Shown: positions 23,020 through 34,931, counted from the stretch's first letter. The stretch is 64,000 nt of DNA from an uncultured Methanosarcinaceae archaeon (GCA_963733675.1 CAVTET010000004.1:576001-640000); one strand, 5' to 3'. Program-made: numbers and translations. Notes: generated by a model not told the origin, from the letters alone.

Positions 23020-23620
23020 CAATCACCCCAACCTAAAGAATTGGGGACGCCTAATGCTGCCTGATATGTTTGTTGAAACTTCGACATACGTAAGTATGTG
23101 TTTAAAAGGTTTCAGTATTCTAGATTAGTTAAACTTTTTTCCGGCTTCCTTTAAGATTTCTGAACTTACTTTTTATTGTGCCAATTGCCAAATTTCTTAC
23201 CGATTGATAAAACTTGACACCTACCACTAACTCACATCATAATATCGTTTCCCGGTTAAGAATAAAACCTAAAAAGTCGGTAAAAACAACCTCCTTTCAA
23301 GTATCTAACTACCTCTAATATCAAGTTGCATGAATGGAATTCCAAAAATAAATGAACTTTATATTCCATCACTTCCATATCATGAACTTGGTAACTTGCT
23401 TAGTGCAAATAGTTATAAAAATAGACATACAATTCTTTTTAATTTGCTTATTGTAGAATAATATTGTATCGATACTTAGGCACCAACGATACATGGAAGA
23501 TACTCAAACTGTGGCCATAACTAAAACTATTTAATTCCAATTTGAGTAGCACAATTCGATCAGATAAGAGTGGTACCATCTATGACCATCGTGGCAAAAA
23601 TCGAACTCATTTTTCAACGG
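23020..23620 (-). mobile_element. Decayed IS200/IS605 tnpA element
   Basis: Minus-strand remnants LVPKYRY and MEVMEYKVHLFLEF, and an end hairpin ccccaacctaaagaattgggg. Colinear with 24600-25045 plus 26190-26350. Confidence 0.7.
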
Positions 23621-24023
23621 TTCGATGACTCAAAGAGTTAAACGAAAGCAAAAAAAGGCAAGGATTAACTTCATCTACGACCTAAAAAACAGATCATTCA
23701 TGATCCTAAGCACTTCATAAGTAATAAACATCCCAGAAGTTAAGCTCGCTACAAGTAAAAAAATTCATTGACATTAAAAAGCAACTTTCAAGCTAAAGAA
23801 ATGAAGAAAAGTTGGCAGTCTAAATTTGAGAAGAAGAAGAGATGATAAAGCAATTGAAAGAAATACTTATTGGCAAAGAGGAGAGGAATTTTCCAGGCTT
23901 AATGAGGGAAACAAAAAAATAAAGCATCAGCAAATAATCAGATGGTATAGGCAGACGAAGAAATGAAAGTTTCAAAAAATCAGTGAAAACACTGATAATT
24001 AGAATCAAGAGAATGGATACTAT

Positions 24024-24479
24024 TTAAAAATTATTTATTTTTGGGCTCTCTGGACTTGAAGTAAGAAACGAGCTATGAAGCAGATGAAGAATCATATCAG
24101 GGCTAATTTTCCTTAGACTTGTAATCTCATCGATTATTTCTTCCTCGGTCCTTCCCTGAACTTCAAATTCTTTTATCTTTTCAAGCACATAGGCTGGTAT
24201 TACAAAATAATTGTTAAGGTCATGCCAGTGTCCGCTAACATCTCCTTTTACCAGCCGAATTCCCGAAGAAGCAATGTACATTTTAATAAATTTAGATAGT
24301 GCATCATAGGAAGATGCAGGAAGCTGAAGCAATTTTATCCCAGGGCAAGTCTTGACCAAATTAAAGAGATCCCTATCTGAAGGCCTAAAAGCAAGATGTA
24401 CTGCCTTCTCTTCAGTTTCCAAGCCTAGAATTTCATCCCTACTTGTTACAACTCTAATGCGTATACTACTTGACCCCAT
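24024..24479 (-). CDS. DUF1699 family protein (divergent paralog)
   Basis: RIRVVTSRDEI...VHLAFRPSDRDL...GDVSGH, clearly homologous to 21387-21794. Confidence 0.88.
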   Translation of the reverse strand: MGSSSIRIRVVTSRDEILGLETEEKAVHLAFRPSDRDLFNLVKTCPGIKLLQLPASSYDALSKFIKMYIASSGIRLVKGDVSGHWHDLNNYFVIPAYVLEKIKEFEVQGRTEEEIIDEITSLRKISPDMILHLLHSSFLTSSPESPKINNF

Positions 24480-24599
24480 TTTATGCTCCCACTCTTATCT
24501 AAGCACGGATCATTTATTTAATTTTTGTATTTAATCTTCCTGATCAAATTTCAGTACAACGACAGATTATTACTTAAAAAAGGATGAAAAAAATAAAAT

Positions 24600-26350
24600 T
24601 GAGTACGAACACCCCACCTAAAAGAAGGGGGATGCATCAGGCCATCAATCTGTTTGTCAGACCTCAGAAATCATCGATTTTTTGTTGACAAAATTTATTG
24701 AACCTAGATGATTAAAACTCTGGTTTCAGCTTTCCTACATTTTTAGATATAGTGTTTTATTGTGTCAGCTGCCATATTTCCAACAGATCAATACATCTTG
24801 ACACTTGAACATAGACTCCCATCAAATTATCGTTTTATCAGTTAATGATGCAGCTTGAAAAATCTGTAACAATTAACTTCTTTCAAGCATTGAACTACCT
24901 CTGATAGAGAGTTGCTTGGACGAATTCCAGAAAATAAATGAATGTGATATTCCATCACTTCCATAGTATGAATTTAGTACCTTTCTCAGTGCAAATAACG
25001 GTAAAGATGACCACACATTCTTTTTAATTTGCTTATCTATAGATTATAGAAAATTACTATTTACCTTTGATTTTACTCTTCGCTTGAACCCTGCATAAAT
25101 ATTTATCTTGATTCATGTATTTAACCCAATTTTTTCTTTTCTGGTTCATTATTCTTTGATTTTAAAGATAGTTGAAGCTATCTTTAAAATACTCCTTTTA
25201 TTTTCGATGTCATCAAATGATGAAGATTACAACAAAAAGCTGTACACAACATCTTCATATTAACTCCATGAACAACAGTGAAAAGAACTTCTCTTGCTTT
25301 GAGTATCTTTTTAGTTACTGCATAAACTCATTTTTCTTATATTTTTTGAGCCAATATCTTGTTTCTTAACATATCATCCATTTCCAGAAGATGTTCTGTT
25401 ACTTTTTTTTTCATTGTTGTATCATAACCTTTTGATTTTGCTTCAAAGCACACTCTGTATCTGTAAAACCACTTCACCTTTTTGATTAAACCTACCTGAA
25501 AATCATGATTGAAGAGTAGTTGTTTTGAATCTCCTGATCAGCCTATAATCCCTGTATATTAAATGCAATGAAGTTTATATCCAATGTGTTATTTACTAAC
25601 TTTTTTCCCAGGTTCAGTCATTGATAACCCTTTTTTGCTTTATTTTCTCGAGGCTAATTTGCTTTTGCATTTCCAGTATTTGAATAAACAAGTGTAGCTT
25701 TTTGAATCGTTGTTTTTTTATTTTCACACCAGGCAATTAAGTTGCATTTACAGCTGTCCATATATTTTCTCTTCTTTGCACTTATCAATAATTCTTTTTA
25801 TGAATTATCAGAATTTGGTTCTTTATGAAATGTGACCAGAAAAACCAAGAAATTTCCTGAAAGAAATCCAATCAATACGTTGTTTCTCAAGTTCGAAGTT
25901 GGAAAGACCATGTAATCGCTATAAAAATGTATTTAAATATAATGACTACTTCAGCTTCATGTCTGCCTCAGAAAACTGTTTTATCAAAATATATGGACTC
26001 AAAAATGATAAGAAAAGGTTTCCAATCAATTAAGAATCAATTTCAGCAAGTTTGTCTTCAACTAACTGAAAAAGTTAGTATTCTCCTTTAAGAGCAAAAT
26101 CAGTAAAAATTTTCATGAGTAAAAATTATTGTTAAAAGATTTGACCTATTCAATACTCATAATGCCTAGAAGTTTGCTGAAATTCTATATTTTTGTATCC
26201 ATATTTAGGCACCAAACTATGTAGTAGGTGATCTGGTCATAGCCATAACTAAAGCAGTTTAATCCCAATGAGAGATAAAATCTCGATCAGAGTTAGATGG
26301 CAACATCCTCTGACAGAGGAAAAATGAGAACATATAAACCGAAAATTTGA
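24600..26350 (-). mobile_element. Decayed IS200 tnpA element interrupted by an IS5 insertion
   Basis: The two halves, 24600-25045 and 26190-26350, rejoin to match the uninterrupted copy at 23020-23620. Confidence 0.7.
25047..26187 (-). mobile_element. Decayed IS5-family element
   Basis: Begins MKIFTDFALKGEY. Colinear with 1130-2168, with many stops. Confidence 0.75.
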
Positions 26351-26408
26351 AATCTGTCCAAAATGAGCTAAACCTTACTTTTTTTCTCAAGAATAGAACA
26401 TCAATGAA

Positions 26409-28712
26409 TCAGGCTGTTATTTCAAGCTTTGTTTCTAGACATGCTGCAAGGGCCTGTCCGAAAGAAACACACCCATCTCCACAGGGAACTTGGCTATGAG
26501 TTAAAAATTCAAAACCTGCTTCTGTAACATTTCTTGCAATACAAGAAGTAATATGATCATTGTAGGCAACCCCACCACTCAAACCTATCTTTTCAAGGCC
26601 CCTCTTTGAGGCAAGAGAAACAGCAAGTTCCGAAATTCCATTTGCAAGGTTTTCCTCAACTCCAAAAGCCAGATCAGCATAAGAGTAATTTCCAAAAAGT
26701 TCATAAACTCCCAATAGAAGTTCAGTCGTATCAAGCACTGGAAGTCCTGATTTATCTCCTTTCGTGAAAACTATAGGAAGATCCACCATGTGAGTACTTT
26801 TCTTTGCAGCAGATTCTAATTTCATTGCAGGCTCTCCTTCATAAGTTCTTATTCCGCAAATTCCAAGCATTGAAGCTGCTGCATCAAGTACTCTTCCTGT
26901 ACTGCTACTTTGAAAAACATGTACTTCCTTTTCAAGCTGTTTCATAACCGATGAGAATTCTTGAGTTCCATGTGGAAAACTCAGAGGAAGCTTTTCCAGT
27001 TCTGCCCTTTCAAGTTTTTTGAAAAGGATACCCAGAACCATCCTTGAAGGCACCTTCGATGCATAGTCTCCACCAGGCATTGGCTGAGAGAGTAGATGTC
27101 CAAGGCGTTCATACCCAAAGTAAGAAGATTCAAAGAATTCTCCTCCCCATACTGTGCTGTCAGTGCCATATCCAACCCCATCAAGAGCAATTCCTAGCAT
27201 TCTGGAATCCTGTGGAAGGAAATTATCAGCCATGAGTGCCAGCATGTGAGCATGATGATGCTGGACCTGAAGTGTATTTTCCCTGCCCATATTCATTGCA
27301 AAACGCGTTGTGTTAAAAGCCGGGTGCAGATCGCAACCCCAGTGAAGAAGCTCTATTCCTGTAAGCTGGATAAGATGCTGAAAAACTTCGAAATGATACC
27401 TAAAAGTTTCTAAATTATTGGTATCCCCTATGTACTGAGATATATAGGCCAGTTTCCCTTTTGTCACAGTTATCGTGGAATTCATTTCAGCCCCTACCCC
27501 AATAGAAGCTTCCACTTCAAAAGGTAGCTCGATAGGCTCCGGCACAAAACCCCTGGAACGCCGAATAAAGGCTGTCTTTCCATTGACACTCCGGATAACC
27601 GTATCATCATTTCTGTTTGCAATAATCCTATCATGAAACAGGTGAAAATCTACAATCCCATTAAATTTATCAAGTGATTTGTTATTTTCAATAACCATGG
27701 GCATTCCTGGAATGTTTGCCGAAGTCATAACATATACTGAATTGGGCTCAAGGTCAAAAAGCAGATTTTGCGTGCCTGTATATGGAAGCATAACCCCTAT
27801 ATTATGCAAGCCAGGAGATGTAGATTCAGCAAGATTAAATTCTTTTGACTTCAGGAGCACGGCTATAGGCCGACGACGGGATGTGAGATACTCCATGCCT
27901 CTACCTCCAAGCTCTGCAAAGGATTCCACAACATCAACATTTTTTGCCATAACTGCGAAAGGTTGCTGTGGACGCTTCAAACGCCGTCGAAGCTCATTCA
28001 CATGCTCCTCCTCTCGGGCATTACAGGCAATATGGAACCCTCCAAATCCTTTGATGGAAAGAATTGAACCCTGTTGGATAAAGTCCGAAGCATCTGCAAT
28101 TGCTTCATAACCCTTGGACAGTACATTTCCTGCAGGATCTGAAAGCCAGATCTTTGGTCCACACTTCTGGCAGCAAACAGGTTGAGCATGATATCTTCGA
28201 TTAAGAGGATCACTATACTCTGATTTACACTTTGCACATAGAGGGAAATCTGCCATTGTTGTGTTTTCTCTGTCATAAGGAAGGGTTCTAACTGTTGTAT
28301 ATCTAGGACCACAGTTAGTGCAGACTGTAAAAGGATAATGATAATACCTAGATGAAGGATCAAAGATCTCAGACCTGCAATCCTCACAAATAGCAGTATC
28401 AGGAGGGATTATAGAATTTTCAAAAACTCCGGGTTCACTGGGTACTATAACAAATTTAGAGTAAGCTGAGAAAGGAACATTCTTTGATTTGATTTCGGCA
28501 ATCTTAGCAAGAGGAGGATTTTTTTCAGACAGATCTTGAATAAAATTTTCAAGATTTTTCCAATTTCCCTCTATATGAATCTCCACGTAATTTCCTTGAT
28601 TTTTCACGAATCCAAACAACCTATGGATTTTTGCGAGTTGATAGACAAAAGGACGAAAACCAACACCTTGCACCGTACCTGTTACATGGAGAAGTCTGGC
28701 TTCATTTTGCAT
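26409..28712 (-). CDS. hypF: [NiFe]-hydrogenase maturation carbamoyltransferase HypF
   Basis: Acylphosphatase domain GTVQGVGFRPF, two zinc fingers, KGFGGFH, RRSRG, HHHAH, DGVGYG and GDG. Confidence 0.97.
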   Translation of the reverse strand: MQNEARLLHVTGTVQGVGFRPFVYQLAKIHRLFGFVKNQGNYVEIHIEGNWKNLENFIQDLSEKNPPLAKIAEIKSKNVPFSAYSKFVIVPSEPGVFENSIIPPDTAICEDCRSEIFDPSSRYYHYPFTVCTNCGPRYTTVRTLPYDRENTTMADFPLCAKCKSEYSDPLNRRYHAQPVCCQKCGPKIWLSDPAGNVLSKGYEAIADASDFIQQGSILSIKGFGGFHIACNAREEEHVNELRRRLKRPQQPFAVMAKNVDVVESFAELGGRGMEYLTSRRRPIAVLLKSKEFNLAESTSPGLHNIGVMLPYTGTQNLLFDLEPNSVYVMTSANIPGMPMVIENNKSLDKFNGIVDFHLFHDRIIANRNDDTVIRSVNGKTAFIRRSRGFVPEPIELPFEVEASIGVGAEMNSTITVTKGKLAYISQYIGDTNNLETFRYHFEVFQHLIQLTGIELLHWGCDLHPAFNTTRFAMNMGRENTLQVQHHHAHMLALMADNFLPQDSRMLGIALDGVGYGTDSTVWGGEFFESSYFGYERLGHLLSQPMPGGDYASKVPSRMVLGILFKKLERAELEKLPLSFPHGTQEFSSVMKQLEKEVHVFQSSSTGRVLDAAASMLGICGIRTYEGEPAMKLESAAKKSTHMVDLPIVFTKGDKSGLPVLDTTELLLGVYELFGNYSYADLAFGVEENLANGISELAVSLASKRGLEKIGLSGGVAYNDHITSCIARNVTEAGFEFLTHSQVPCGDGCVSFGQALAACLETKLEITA

Positions 28713-28879
28713 ATAAGATTAGGATTAATGTTCGTCGTTAAAATAGCTTTCTAATTTAAAGACAAAAATTTGAAAGCATTTGAATGAAGAAAAAAATGAT
28801 ATCAAAAAAGACAGGTTAAATCGAAAAAAGTAAAAAATTGTGATTGGACTTAGTATAAATAATCATTCTGAAGTCCACG

Positions 28880-29047
28880 TCACATAAAATTCGGTGAAAC
28901 CGTTTTTGCGGCAACAAAGATTCCCAAAATCATCATCAAAAGGGAAATTTTCCAGGCTGCCTGAATCAGACGAGCCTGATTTTCAGGTTCACCAAGTTTA
29001 AGTATTACTCTTTCAACCAAGTTCGGTCGATCCTCACAAGTTGCCAT
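28880..29047 (-). CDS. ahaG: 55-aa membrane peptide at the end of the aha operon (AhaG-like)
   Basis: Manual translation: MATCEDRPNLVERVILKLGEPENQARLIQAAWKISLLMMILGIFVAAKTVSPNFM*. Its position directly after subunit D matches the Methanosarcina ahaHIKECFABDG order. Missed by the ORF track. Confidence 0.7.
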   Translation of the reverse strand: MATCEDRPNLVERVILKLGEPENQARLIQAAWKISLLMMILGIFVAAKTVSPNFM

Positions 29048-29063
29048 ATGAAATTCAGCTTTA

Positions 29064-29687
29064 TTATTTCATTCTTGCCTTGATTCTCTTCAGCCGGAAT
29101 GTATTCTCCCTTTCCATCTCCTCAAGGACAAAACGGATGTACTTCATGGTGGCAATTTGCTCTGGAATAACTTTGAATTCGAGAGCATTCACACGCCTCT
29201 TTGTCTTCTCGATTTCATTAAGGAGCCTTTTCATTGTAGTTTCCAGCTCTGCTGCCTTGATAATCTTTTCTACCAAATCCTCATACGCATCTGCAGTTTC
29301 ATCGATGTACGTGTCTGTTCCGATGATACCGTAACCCCTCTCAGTGAGGGATTTGCGGACCGCAGTAGAACTGATCTTTGGTACCCTAACACCCATTATA
29401 TTGTGCCCAGAAAGCAGTATTTCAGGAGATTCCTTCGCTGTGAAGGCCGTTGATCTGACAGTAACCATTCCATCCACTGCAGAGGCGAGATTGATTTTTC
29501 CCACAGCTTTTGAGAAAGCAACGTCCAGCTCGGTTCTGACATTCCTTGCCTCTTTAAGGATCTTAAAGAACTCAAGAATAAGACCGTCTCTTTTCATTTT
29601 GAGGAGCTTGTGCCCACTTTGAGAGAGTTTGATTTTCTTCTTGAGCTGAATTAACTCCGACCGAGTTGGTTTTACATCTTGAGCCAT
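29064..29687 (-). CDS. atpD: A1AO ATP synthase subunit D
   Basis: VKPTRSEL...GHKLLKMKRD and KTKRRVNALE. The ATG start MAQD is at 29687. Confidence 0.96.
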   Translation of the reverse strand: MAQDVKPTRSELIQLKKKIKLSQSGHKLLKMKRDGLILEFFKILKEARNVRTELDVAFSKAVGKINLASAVDGMVTVRSTAFTAKESPEILLSGHNIMGVRVPKISSTAVRKSLTERGYGIIGTDTYIDETADAYEDLVEKIIKAAELETTMKRLLNEIEKTKRRVNALEFKVIPEQIATMKYIRFVLEEMERENTFRLKRIKARMK

Positions 29688-29692
29688 GATAA

Positions 29693-31075
29693 TCACTGAG
29701 CCTTTCTGTGTGCAGGATGGTATTTCTGGATATATTTGTTGTCAATTCTACCCAACTGGTTTATTGGCAGATGTGAGAGAATCTTCCAGCCAATGTCCAG
29801 AGTCTCTGCAATGGTTCTGTTTTCGTTTCTGCCCTGGCGGACGAAATTTTGTTCGAAAAGGTCAGCAAACTCAAGTAACTTCGTGTCTCTCTCTGATAGA
29901 GCTTCTTTACCTACAATAGCTACTAGACCTCTCAGATCACGCCCTTCCGCATAACCAGCAAACATTTGGTCGGAAACAGCCTTGTGATCTTCCCTTGTCT
30001 TGTCTGCTCCTATACCTGAGTTCATCAACCTTGACAGAGAAGGCAACACATTGATTGGCGGATAGATACCTTTCGTGTGCAGTTCTCTGGCAACCAATAT
30101 CTGGCCTTCAGTAATATACCCAGAAAGATCAGGAATCGGGTGTGTAACGTCGTCTCCAGGCATTGAAAGAATCGGAATCTGAGTAACTGATCCCTTGGCA
30201 CCTTTAACAATACCAGCACGCTCATAGAGAGTTGCAAGGTCAGTGTACATGTAACCAGGATATCCACGACGACCAGGTACTTCATTACGGGCAGCACCCA
30301 TTTGACGGAGAGCTTCTGCATAGTTAGTGATGTCAGTAAGGATGACGAGAACGTGCATTCCATGCTCGTATGCCAGGTACTCGGCTGCTGTCAAGGCCAT
30401 ACGCGGGGTAATAAGACGCTCGACAGCAGGGTCATCTGCAAGGTTAAGGAACACAACTGCCCTTTCCAAAGCGCCTGTCTTTTCGAAGTCACTCATGAAA
30501 TACTGAGCTTCTTCGTTGGTGATACCCATTGCAGCGAAAACCACTGCGAACGCTCCTTCAGACCCTGGCACAGAAGCCTGCCTTGCGATCTGCAGTGCAA
30601 TTTCATTATGTGGTAGACCTGATCCTGAAAAAAGAGGCAGTTTTTGCCCACGAACCAGGGTATTAGTCCCATCGATTGTGGATATACCGGTCTGGATGAA
30701 ATCCTTAGGAGGCAACCTAGCGTATGGATTCATTGCAGCCCCGCTGATATCCAGAAGCTGGTCTGGCACTATCCTGGGCCCACCATCTAGAGGGTCACCT
30801 GCACCTGATAGGATCCTACCCAGCAGATCAATGGATACGGGAAGCTTCAGGGTTTCACCTGTGAAAACTACCCCACATTCTTTGTTCAGACCACCAGTAC
30901 CTTCAAAAATCTGGACAACCACGATGTCTGCCGAAGAGTCCAGAACCTGGCCTCTGCGGGTGGTTCCATCAGGTAGATTGACACTAACGATTTCGTTGTA
31001 ACCTACCGGCTCTGTTTTTTCGACAAAGACAAGAGGTCCTGCAATCTGAGTGATTGTCTTATATTCTTTTACCAT
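29693..31075 (-). CDS. atpB: A1AO ATP synthase subunit B
   Basis: [30 protein letters not shown] and THPIPDL. Confidence 0.97.
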   Translation of the reverse strand: MVKEYKTITQIAGPLVFVEKTEPVGYNEIVSVNLPDGTTRRGQVLDSSADIVVVQIFEGTGGLNKECGVVFTGETLKLPVSIDLLGRILSGAGDPLDGGPRIVPDQLLDISGAAMNPYARLPPKDFIQTGISTIDGTNTLVRGQKLPLFSGSGLPHNEIALQIARQASVPGSEGAFAVVFAAMGITNEEAQYFMSDFEKTGALERAVVFLNLADDPAVERLITPRMALTAAEYLAYEHGMHVLVILTDITNYAEALRQMGAARNEVPGRRGYPGYMYTDLATLYERAGIVKGAKGSVTQIPILSMPGDDVTHPIPDLSGYITEGQILVARELHTKGIYPPINVLPSLSRLMNSGIGADKTREDHKAVSDQMFAGYAEGRDLRGLVAIVGKEALSERDTKLLEFADLFEQNFVRQGRNENRTIAETLDIGWKILSHLPINQLGRIDNKYIQKYHPAHRKAQ

Positions 31076-31081
31076 ACTTAC

Positions 31082-32833
31082 CTACCTCTGGGATGCAAAC
31101 TCCCCTCTAAGGGATGCAAACTCCTCATCCATCTTTGTCATAACAGCATTCATAGAAGCATCGAAGTTCTCCTCGAACTTAACTTTGGGAAGCTCATCCT
31201 TAGATTGAATTTTAACAATTTCCGAGACAGGAACACCTAATTTCAAAGCTTCCTGTGCAGCATCTGCAAACTTCATGATTGACTGCATGAGCCTGTACTG
31301 CTCAGAAAACGGACTGTAGGTATCTATTGGGTGGAACGCATTCTGCTGCAGGAAGATTTCCCTTATCATACGGGTAATTTCAAGAAGGAGCTGCTGCTCT
31401 TCCGGTAAAGCGTCGGAACCTACCAGCTGCACGATTTCATTAAGTTCGGATTCTACCTGAAGCATTTCCATTGCCCTTTCTCTAAGAGGAACATAATCAG
31501 GTGCCACGTTAGTAGTAAACCAATCATTGAGGGTTTCCTTGTACAGACTATAACTGGTCAGCCAATTGATAGCCGGAAAGTGCCTTCTCTGGGACAGTTT
31601 GGCGTCCAAAGCCCAGAAAACCTTCACGATACGCAGGGTATTCTGAGTAACAGGCTCTGAGAAATCACCGCCAGGAGGAGATACTGCTCCAATAACAGTA
31701 ATGGAGCCTGTTTGACCGCAAAGAGATTCTGCAACACCGGCACGCTCATAGAATTCTGCAAGTCTTGCAGACAGATATGCCGGATAGCCCTCTTCACCAG
31801 GCATTTCTTCCAGACGAGAGGAGATTTCTCTCATTGCTTCTGCCCACCTAGAGGTGGAGTCTGCCATAAGGGACACGTCGAATCCCATGTCACGGTAATA
31901 TTCAGCAATTGTGATACCTGTGTAAACAGATGCTTCCCTTGCTGCTACAGGCATGTTTGAAGTGTTGGCTATAAGGACAGTACGCTCCATGAGTGGCCTA
32001 CCAGTCTGTGGATCTTCGAGTTCTGGGAAATCATGCAGCACGTCTGCCATTTCGTTTCCACGTTCACCACAACCAACGTAGACCACAATTTCGGTATCAC
32101 TCCACTTTGAAAGCTGTTGCTGTGTAACGGTCTTACCGGACCCAAAAGGTCCTGGAATTGCCGCAGTACCTCCCTTTGCTACAGGGAAGAGTCCGTCGAG
32201 GATTCTCTGTCCTGTGACCAACGGCTTTGTGGGCAGTAGTTTCTTCGCCACAGGTCTGGGTCTACGCACAGGCCATTTCTGCATCATTTTCAGCTCTGTC
32301 CCATCAGTCAAAGTGCAGACAGTATCTATAACAGTGAAGTTTCCGCTCTTAATTTCGGAGATTGTACCCGAGATATCCGGGTGCACCATGATCTTGTGTT
32401 CAATGTTTACAGTTTCCTGAACGACTCCAATCACGTCTCCACCTTTGACAACATCTCCCTTTTTGACAACAGGTTTGAATTCCCATAGTCTTTTGTGGTC
32501 AAGTCCGTCTGCACTAACACCTCTCTGAATGAAGCTGCCCATCTTCTCAAGCAGAACGTGCAAAGGCCTTTGAACCCCGTCATAAATACTTGAAAGAAGA
32601 CCTGGACCAAGTTCCAAGGACAGAGGCATCCCTGTAGTTACACATTTCTCCCCTGGCCTTACGCCCCCGGTCTCTTCATATACCTGGATAATGGTTTTGG
32701 GCCCCACTATCTGGATTACTTCACCCATTAAACCTTCATTACCGACTTTGACCAGGTCATACATTTTTGCCTGTAAGCCGATAGCGGTGACGACAGGCCC
32801 AGCCACACGATAAATTTCACCTTTTACTTCCAC
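31082..32833 (-). CDS. atpA: A1AO ATP synthase subunit A
   Basis: P-loop [18 protein letters not shown] and [10 protein letters not shown]. No intein. Confidence 0.97.
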   Translation of the reverse strand: MEVKGEIYRVAGPVVTAIGLQAKMYDLVKVGNEGLMGEVIQIVGPKTIIQVYEETGGVRPGEKCVTTGMPLSLELGPGLLSSIYDGVQRPLHVLLEKMGSFIQRGVSADGLDHKRLWEFKPVVKKGDVVKGGDVIGVVQETVNIEHKIMVHPDISGTISEIKSGNFTVIDTVCTLTDGTELKMMQKWPVRRPRPVAKKLLPTKPLVTGQRILDGLFPVAKGGTAAIPGPFGSGKTVTQQQLSKWSDTEIVVYVGCGERGNEMADVLHDFPELEDPQTGRPLMERTVLIANTSNMPVAAREASVYTGITIAEYYRDMGFDVSLMADSTSRWAEAMREISSRLEEMPGEEGYPAYLSARLAEFYERAGVAESLCGQTGSITVIGAVSPPGGDFSEPVTQNTLRIVKVFWALDAKLSQRRHFPAINWLTSYSLYKETLNDWFTTNVAPDYVPLRERAMEMLQVESELNEIVQLVGSDALPEEQQLLLEITRMIREIFLQQNAFHPIDTYSPFSEQYRLMQSIMKFADAAQEALKLGVPVSEIVKIQSKDELPKVKFEENFDASMNAVMTKMDEEFASLRGEFASQR

Positions 32834-33129
32834 AAATCAACACCTACCGCTTGTTTTATTTTGTCTCTTAAACTCATTACGCCTGCTCCGCTGCCTCCCA
32901 TAGTTACTATTGTGGGCTGGACAGACTCATTTAAGTTTTTCCTTAAAATTTCCGGCAGAGTACCAATATCATCATTATGCATTACAATAATCCCTATATT
33001 CTTATCTTGAAGAACAGATCTTACCGCAGACTCGATGGCACTTTTATCAGCAGTTTCGTAAACCTTTCGGATACCAGCTAGTCTGAATCCCGTAACAAAA
33101 TCGCCATTTCCGATCACTGCTAATTCCAT
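32824..33129 (-). CDS. atpF: A1AO ATP synthase subunit F
   Basis: [18 protein letters not shown]...KQAVGVDLW. Confidence 0.95.
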   Translation of the reverse strand: MELAVIGNGDFVTGFRLAGIRKVYETADKSAIESAVRSVLQDKNIGIIVMHNDDIGTLPEILRKNLNESVQPTIVTMGGSGAGVMSLRDKIKQAVGVDLWK

Positions 33130-34202
33130 TAAATAACCACCAACTGATCTTTTATTAAGTTCTCATCGAGGCCAACTTCCTTACCCCTATAGATGATCCG
33201 AAGATTTGTGACCTCATTGTTTTTATGGATAATGTAGTCCACAACAGGCATAATTGATATCGGAGAAGCATGCGAAAAAGTGGTTGTATATTCAAGATAT
33301 TTTCTTGTGAGTCTTCTTTCAAGATTAATCAGAGAATCCATATCCTGATCAGCAATGCCTGAAATTGAATTCCAATAGTGCGTTTTTTGGAGTTCATTGA
33401 CAAATTCTCCATATGGAAGAGGCGCCAGTTTCTCGGTATTCAACTCGAGCCCACCCTCAATCATGAGAGGCATGATATCATCAGACTGCTCAACTCCGGA
33501 TTTCTTCAACCTGAAGAGATTACTCAAGTTCTTAACATCAACTTCCAGCTTGATGAACTTGGTAAGAAGCTTACGATCCTTAGATTTTGGTTTTCCGATT
33601 GCTTCAAAAAGACTTGAGTAATACATCTTATCAAGTTTATTTTCTATATCTGCCAGGTTAGTTCCGTCAAATCCCTGCAACAAGAGATAATACTCAGTCT
33701 TTCTCAGGGCCTCAACGATTTCCTGATACGTGGCCTTAGCTGCAAGTTCTGACAAGAAGCTGTAAGTAAACTGCCCAGTAGCAATCAGAAACTCCAGGAT
33801 TTCTTCAACAGATGCGTTGTAGAGTTTACCACGGAGAAGTGTTTTGACGTTCCAGATTTCATACCTTTTTAGATATGCGGTAATCAGGTAATTCAGCTCT
33901 CCTGATGTAATTCTTCCCAACTTATCAAAGGTAAGCGCAAGATTCCTATTTAATGCGTGTTCTGCCAAATCGCCACCGTTATATTTCATTGCCAGTTCGT
34001 CAACATCGTTTTTGTATTCAGACTCTTGGATGAAACGGGTAATTTCATCAATCCCCATATTTAGCAGCCGGGGATATGATTCTTTAGGAAGCAACTTACT
34101 CTTCATCACGCGAACGCGAGTTACGGCATAAGCATAGTTAGAACTACCTTTTTTCTTCTTTTGTGTGGGGGTTTCCCCCCGGAATCTCTCCAAAAGCCGC
34201 AT
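33129..34202 (-). CDS. atpC: A1AO ATP synthase subunit C
   Basis: [16 protein letters not shown]...[12 protein letters not shown], and operon position. Confidence 0.94.
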   Translation of the reverse strand: MRLLERFRGETPTQKKKKGSSNYAYAVTRVRVMKSKLLPKESYPRLLNMGIDEITRFIQESEYKNDVDELAMKYNGGDLAEHALNRNLALTFDKLGRITSGELNYLITAYLKRYEIWNVKTLLRGKLYNASVEEILEFLIATGQFTYSFLSELAAKATYQEIVEALRKTEYYLLLQGFDGTNLADIENKLDKMYYSSLFEAIGKPKSKDRKLLTKFIKLEVDVKNLSNLFRLKKSGVEQSDDIMPLMIEGGLELNTEKLAPLPYGEFVNELQKTHYWNSISGIADQDMDSLINLERRLTRKYLEYTTTFSHASPISIMPVVDYIIHKNNEVTNLRIIYRGKEVGLDENLIKDQLVVI

Positions 34203-34208
34203 CGAACA

Positions 34209-34760
34209 TCACCCGTGTAAAATATCAGAGATCTGCTTTAATGAACGCTCATATACGTTTTTTAGGATTGAATCGTATGTGAAATCTAACCTGACTGTTC
34301 CATCCTCGTTTTCCTGAACAACGCCGCCGATAGAATCGATGTTACCAGCGTAAGATAAAGAAGATAATTTCTTGACAATAGTTTCTGAGTTTTTGTTAGA
34401 ATAGATCCTGACTCCATCAGCTTTATTCTTCTCGATTAGAGCACTTAAAAGCTTCTCGGCTTTAGAAGCAGGCATTGATTTTATAGACTCATACATTTTA
34501 TTGTAGACCTGATCTAAAAGTTCCTTCCGTTTGTTGAGCCTTATTCTTTTTACTTCCAAATTTGCACTGGATATTACTTGCTGGTGCAATTTTTTAAGGT
34601 CCTCTTCAGCTTGTGCAAGGCTGTCTCCGAGCATTTTTTTTTGGGCATCTCTAGCCTCATTTAGAATTTCAGACACTTTTGCATCAGCTTCAGCCTTGAT
34701 CGTGGAAACCTCAGCCTGCGCACCACTCTGGATATCCCTTAAAACGATATCTAGTCCCAT
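34209..34760 (-). CDS. atpE: A1AO ATP synthase subunit E
   Basis: N-terminal coiled coil and IGGVV...DGTVRLDFT, and operon position. Confidence 0.94.
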   Translation of the reverse strand: MGLDIVLRDIQSGAQAEVSTIKAEADAKVSEILNEARDAQKKMLGDSLAQAEEDLKKLHQQVISSANLEVKRIRLNKRKELLDQVYNKMYESIKSMPASKAEKLLSALIEKNKADGVRIYSNKNSETIVKKLSSLSYAGNIDSIGGVVQENEDGTVRLDFTYDSILKNVYERSLKQISDILHG

Positions 34761-34781
34761 GCTTCTACCTCCAAATAAACA

Positions 34782-34931
34782 AGAGCAAAAAATGCCCTAG
34801 AGAGCAAAAAATGCCCTAAGAGAACAAATGATGCCCTTAAAGAACAAACTGCCCTACAATCTTAGCGCATAGATGCCCTCATGGTTAAGAGCAAAGGATG
34901 CTCTAAAAAATTTAAGAGCAGGAGATGCTCC
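34782..34931 (-). repeat. Array of seven palindromic AGRGCA-N3-5-TGCYCT units between ahaK and ahaE
   Basis: Units start at 34782, 34801, 34821, 34841, 34864, 34888 and 34915. Each folds on the mRNA strand as an AGGGCA/UGYUCU stem with G-U pairs. Confidence 0.85.

Noticed and set aside
34782-34931. Possible mini-CRISPR array
   Set aside because: Units are ~17 bp with 2-10 bp spacers, far too short. There is no leader or cas gene, and the array lies inside the aha operon.
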